Of a stretch of 16,171 nucleotides of DNA, positions 1 to 16,171 are shown one piece after another (position 1 is the first letter of the stretch; every line of letters starts with the position of its first letter). The stretch is from contig NW_003314335.1 of NCBI RefSeq assembly GCF_000143415.4, positions 790,956 to 807,126 of the forward strand, in the 5' to 3' direction. The translations under genes were made by a program, and so were the position numbers. Under the pieces are notes generated by a model, which saw only the letters and a list, made by a program, of their open reading frames with translations, had not been told where the DNA came from and made no database searches. This DNA is from Selaginella moellendorffii (Eukaryota; Plantae; Lycopodiophyta).

Positions 1-4739
<4,739 letters not shown>

Positions 4740-4975
4740 AAGAAGTCATGGGGGAGTGCCAAAAGAACGCCTGCACCATCACCAGTGTTAGTTTCACAGC
4801 CACAAGCACCACGATGTGCCATTCTTACAAGCATCTCCAGAGCATCAGTGACCTGCAAGAGGAAAAGAAAAACGCACGAAAATCTCATCAATTCGGGATA
4901 CAATCCAATTGAGCTAGAACTTACAGTCTGGCGGCTCGGCTTGGCTGAAAGCTCGGCAACAAAACCCACCCCACA

Positions 4976-5228
4976 CGAATCCTTGTCCAATGCAGGATCG
5001 TAAAGTCCAAGAGGACCCTCTGGCAGTTGGGACATGGACGACATGGTGACCACGCAGCGGTACATTCTCCGCTCCCCATTCCATCGCTGGAGATGGCTAT
5101 CTATCCAAATTTCTCGAGGGCAAAAAACTAGTGTGAAGAACCTTCAGTCCGGCGGTCGCGCATGACAAGGACGGCACAGCTGAGCTCAAGCGGCTGGAGC
5201 AGATTGACCCCAAAGCGGTAGCTTCCGT
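4976..5228 (-). other. Disrupted plastid transit peptide/presequence coding region of GOGAT copy A
   Basis: From ACG 5228 the frame reads (T/M)[42 protein letters not shown]. Removing one CTAT copy joins it in frame to [35 protein letters not shown], giving an 83-aa Ser/Ala/Arg-rich presequence before the mature Cys. Confidence 0.7.
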
Positions 5229-5528
5229 TGCTGCTCTCGATCTCTACGCTCGCACCAAGAAGCCTCGAATCAAACCCTCGCGCGAGTGAAACGCGGGCGG
5301 CAGCGATCAGGCACACAATTCCTCGAAATCTTGAATCGGACTCGTGGCATTCATACCACACCTTACAGCCTTTATTAAGTTACATATAGCTTTAAAAGAT
5401 AAAATGGAATGCACAATATCTGCAAACTTGAAGATGGTCCTAGACAAAAATTATTGGTACTTGTAGAACTGCGCAATTGACAGTTGTGGTGGTTGCTGGC
5501 GATTGTTTGAGCTAAGCACACAGGCATC

Positions 5529-7586
5529 TTACGATTTGAAATACTGCGCACAAGCGGGGCACATGAACGGTACCTGAGTGACACAGTTGACTTCGTTTCT
5601 ACGTTCTTCCCCTGCTTCTTCGACTAGATCTGCCCCCTGTTCTGGATCCACCACCGGTGCTGGATTGTAGTGGACACAAGGCTGGTGGTACCACAGGTCA
5701 CAAACGTCACACTGCACCCAGGGAGCATCGCCTCTATCTTCCCAACAGTCGGAGCAGCTTTGCAAATCCTGTGACAGACGAGAGTTCCATTAAAGAGGAA
5801 AAGGAACAAGAAAATAAAAGACAGCATACCGTTCTGGCTGTGTTTTTCCTGAGCTCGTCCAGCCTCGCATCAATGCTCGAAAGCTGTACACTGAAGAAGC
5901 TGAAAGGCATCACGACGACATAATACTCGAGGCCAGGATGGACTCTGGATGTTGCTCGGTACGAGACCCACCTGTCCGTGTAAATCACCCACACAAGCAC
6001 CTTAATCCGCTTGTCACCAACAAACAGTTCCTCAGCCTTCTTCGCCGTCTTCTTGTGATGAGTGATGGCGTTCTTGGCGACAGAAAAATGGAGAGCCACG
6101 ATGAAGTTTTCGTCTTCCAAATAGATGTCAATGCCAGCGTGGTTAAAGTCGTATGGGACATGCGCTGTTCCTTCAACGGAGAGCAGCTTTCCGGACATTG
6201 GTCCATGGAAGTTGAGGACGTGCTTCACTGTTATGTGTGCCCTTTTGCCTTGTGCGTAATAAAAGCCTTGAGTCATAAACTTTGTGCTGAGGATTCCTGC
6301 CATCTCGGCATTCCAGCCGATGCGAGCCATGTTGTCGTCCTTAGCAACGGCTTGTACCCAGAAGGTGACCTGCTTCCGCTGCTCATCGAGGTCATCCTCG
6401 CGCATGAGTCCAGCTAAGGTGCTAAGCGCATAGGAATGAAAATGAGGGGTGAGAGCCTCGAGGGTTCCATCTTTGCCCACGTAGAAGCACTTGGGCTCTA
6501 GCAGCAGAGGAAGCCTTGGAACTGTTTCTGTGCCCGTCAACTCTTTCTGGAGCTGCTCTCGAACGTTCCCTCCCAGGTGGCGCTGGATGAACGTACGTAT
6601 ATCTGCCTCAAATGATATGATGCACTGGTGGAACACTTCCATGTCTGTGTCGAATTGATCCAGCAGCCTTGGAACTCGACCTGTTTTAGACAGATCGACG
6701 CGCTGGAACTGAAAGAGGTTGAGATAGGATGCCAGTTCTTTGTCCTACAAAGCGCACACATCTCAGAATGTGAAGAACAAGACGCCTAAGAACTTACATT
6801 CAGTCCTCCAACAACCAGCTTGCACTTCGGGGCCCTGTGATGACGAAGAACTTGCGCCAATACACTTGAAAGTGAAGCACAAAAGACGACGACACAATAC
6901 TCGAGAAGGCGGCAGAGAGATTGTACCCCCGGACTATCTCTCGCCATGTTGCCGTCATCAACGACAATGGTCAGGTCCACATTTATCATCCTCTTCAAGA
7001 AGTTTTCCACGTCGAAGATCGATACTTGGCCCGCCTCTATCGCTTCGAGCTCCTGCAAGGCAGCGTTGTCGTCCACAAAAGCCTGAAACAGCCCATCCCA
7101 GAGCGTATTCTCCGGGGCCCAGGCCATTTGAGCTCCGTCGACCAGCATAATCCGACGCGGCCGAGACGAGGAGCCGATCCTGTCGCGCGCGAACTTCCCA
7201 TAGAGGTAGAGCACAGACGCTGCGACGCTGCAAGTCTTGCCAGCGCCCGGGGTGCCCGTTATGTACCTGAAACCGCAAATACCGTAAGGACGAAGCTGCT
7301 TGCGACCGCGCTTTCCTGGAGGCGAGACTATCTTCGATTCTGGGAGTTTGACCTCGGGGCGCTCCTCCTCTATGAAATCGATGAGCTCCTTGGTGAGAGG
7401 CCTGCCCATGTAATGAAACGTCGTCCGCTGCGAGAAATGGTAGACTTCCATAACCTTGGTCGGATCCTGAAGATCGGCTTCAGTGAGCTGGGCGGAGAAA
7501 GCCATGAGCAGCCCATGGATCCTCTCCGCATCCTCACGACGGACATCCACAACCCTCTGGCGCTTGACACCGCCGCCGTCTTCCAT
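5529..7586 (-). CDS. Crinkler/CR-like P-loop NTPase + putative restriction-endonuclease-like domain + C-terminal PHD zinc finger protein (~647 aa, 3 exons)
   Basis: Exons 7586-6798, 6744-5830 and 5768-5529 join in phase 0 via introns 6797-6745 (GTAAGT..TAG, 53 bp) and 5829-5769 (GTATGC..CAG, 61 bp) with no internal stops. Walker A GTPGAGKT (7233-7256), Walker B-like LTIVVDD (6954-6974), GGLNDKE...TGRVPRLL, VPYDFNHAGID...ALHFSVA...H, and C4HC3 CSDC..WVQCDVCDLWYHQPC..CPAC. The gene model and PHD are read directly; the CR family assignment is from remembered motif resemblance. Confidence 0.72.
5547..5756 (-). other. PHD finger domain (C4HC3) within exon 3 of the NTPase gene
   Basis: CxxC-x11-CxxC-x4-H-x2-C-long spacer-CxxC with the typical WVQCD and WYH signature. 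Confidence 0.85.
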
Positions 7587-7597
7587 CCCAATACAAA

Positions 7598-7619
7598 AAA
7601 CCCTATCCAAAAACCCTAA
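7598..7619. promoter_or_regulatory. Two telo-box motifs (AAACCCTA) just upstream of the NTPase-PHD gene start
   Basis: AAACCCTA at 7598-7605 and AAACCCTAA at 7611-7619, 12-33 bp 5' of the ATG at 7586. Telo-boxes are common near plant transcription starts and in 5' UTRs. Confidence 0.5.
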
Positions 7620-8631
7620 TAGTGCAGAGACGTACTTAAACGATGTACGAAAGGAATGTATGTAAAAAATAAAGAATTTTGGACTATTTTCTGCTCACCA
7701 CTATCTCTAGGAAGCTAACTCTCAATATCTGTGACCTAAATTATTTACCTTGGAGAGCTATTGAGAATGCTGAAGCTGTGTTTATAGTTTGAAAATATAA
7801 ACTATGGGTGCAACACAATTTGCACATCATTTTATGTCAAATCCAACATAGCACTGCCACCATTGAGTTGCTTTGTCTAGGACAAACAAACTCACTCTTA
7901 TTAGCCACTTCACTACTGGATATTCTGCGACATGGTTTATTATCGCTAAATTATTGTTTTGCATCTTCATTTCTCTTTCTTGTTTTTTCTTCTTTCAGTC
8001 TCTGGGAGGCATATGTATTCCTTTTCTCTTTAAGGAATGTTTGGTGGTCTACAAAATGATATAGGATTGTAATAGTTATCTTTGCCACCACTTAAGATTT
8101 ACATTCCCTCCTCCTTTTATGTCCATTGCAATCCTAGACCTTTAGTCATAAGTTCCACTTGTTTCCTCTTGAAAGGAATCTCCATTCCTTAACCAGGATG
8201 CCAGTAGGTATGGATCTCTATGTTGCTTTGTTTATCCTAAATGATCATCCACCAGAGCTGCTGGCAACGATCAAATGGAAAGTTCCAAGGGATAATGCTG
8301 GCCTGGCTGCGTGAACGATCAAAGATCGTAGATCAGGTTTCGCCACTCTCCCTATATCCTCACCGTCTTTGCCTGATTTCTCCCAAACCAAAAGAAGCAA
8401 GTCTTTCCTTGTGGGATTTGATTGATAAGTTGGAGGAAAGCGAAGTTGCTGCTGGTGCTATTGTTCTTCATTTGAATCGTCTGTGTTGATAGGGCGCCGT
8501 CAAATGCCAGTATCCGGTTTAGAGCTAATCTGAAAATACGCTAAATATAATTTTTGATTAGAACCACTCATTTAATTAGGATAAAAACCAACCCAACAAA
8601 ATTTACAACAGGCAAAATTTGGCTGTCCATT

Positions 8632-16171
<7,540 letters not shown>

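Noticed and set aside
5938-7619. Long plus-strand ORFs 5938-6417, 6740-7150 and 6921-7619
   Set aside because: Antisense shadows of the motif-bearing minus-strand gene; no recognisable domains.
5370-7674. Imperfect inverted repeat bracketing the NTPase-PHD gene (CTTTATTaagTTACATA at 5370-5386 vs TATGTAAaaAATAAAG at 7659-7674) as TIRs
   Set aside because: Two 7-bp AT-rich blocks with an indel and no target-site duplication; compatible with chance.
7720-7770. 8-bp inverted repeat TCTCAATA/TATTGAGA
   Set aside because: Too short and AT-rich to support a MITE or RNA hairpin.

Overview
Eukaryotic (land-plant) genomic DNA. The many 45-75 bp GT-AG introns suggest a compact genome such as Selaginella; this is an inference only. 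The window holds two tandem, roughly 98%-identical minus-strand copies of the single-polypeptide NADH-dependent glutamate synthase gene (NADH-GOGAT/GLT1), about 11,432 bp apart. Copy B (8632->16171, 5' end off-window) looks intact in the parts I checked. Copy A (<1-5228, 3' end off-window) looks pseudogenised: ACG where the start codon is expected, a 4-bp duplication breaking the transit peptide, a nonsense codon at 324-326 and a 1-bp deletion near position 9. Between the copies lies an intact 3-exon gene (5529-7586, minus, about 647 aa). It encodes a P-loop NTPase, a putative restriction-endonuclease-like domain of Crinkler/CR-effector type, and a C-terminal PHD finger. This is the most unusual element here. 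The two long GOGAT introns are also almost invariant between the copies while the short introns diverge. They contain cryptic exon-like segments and a tRNA-iMet PBS-like motif.
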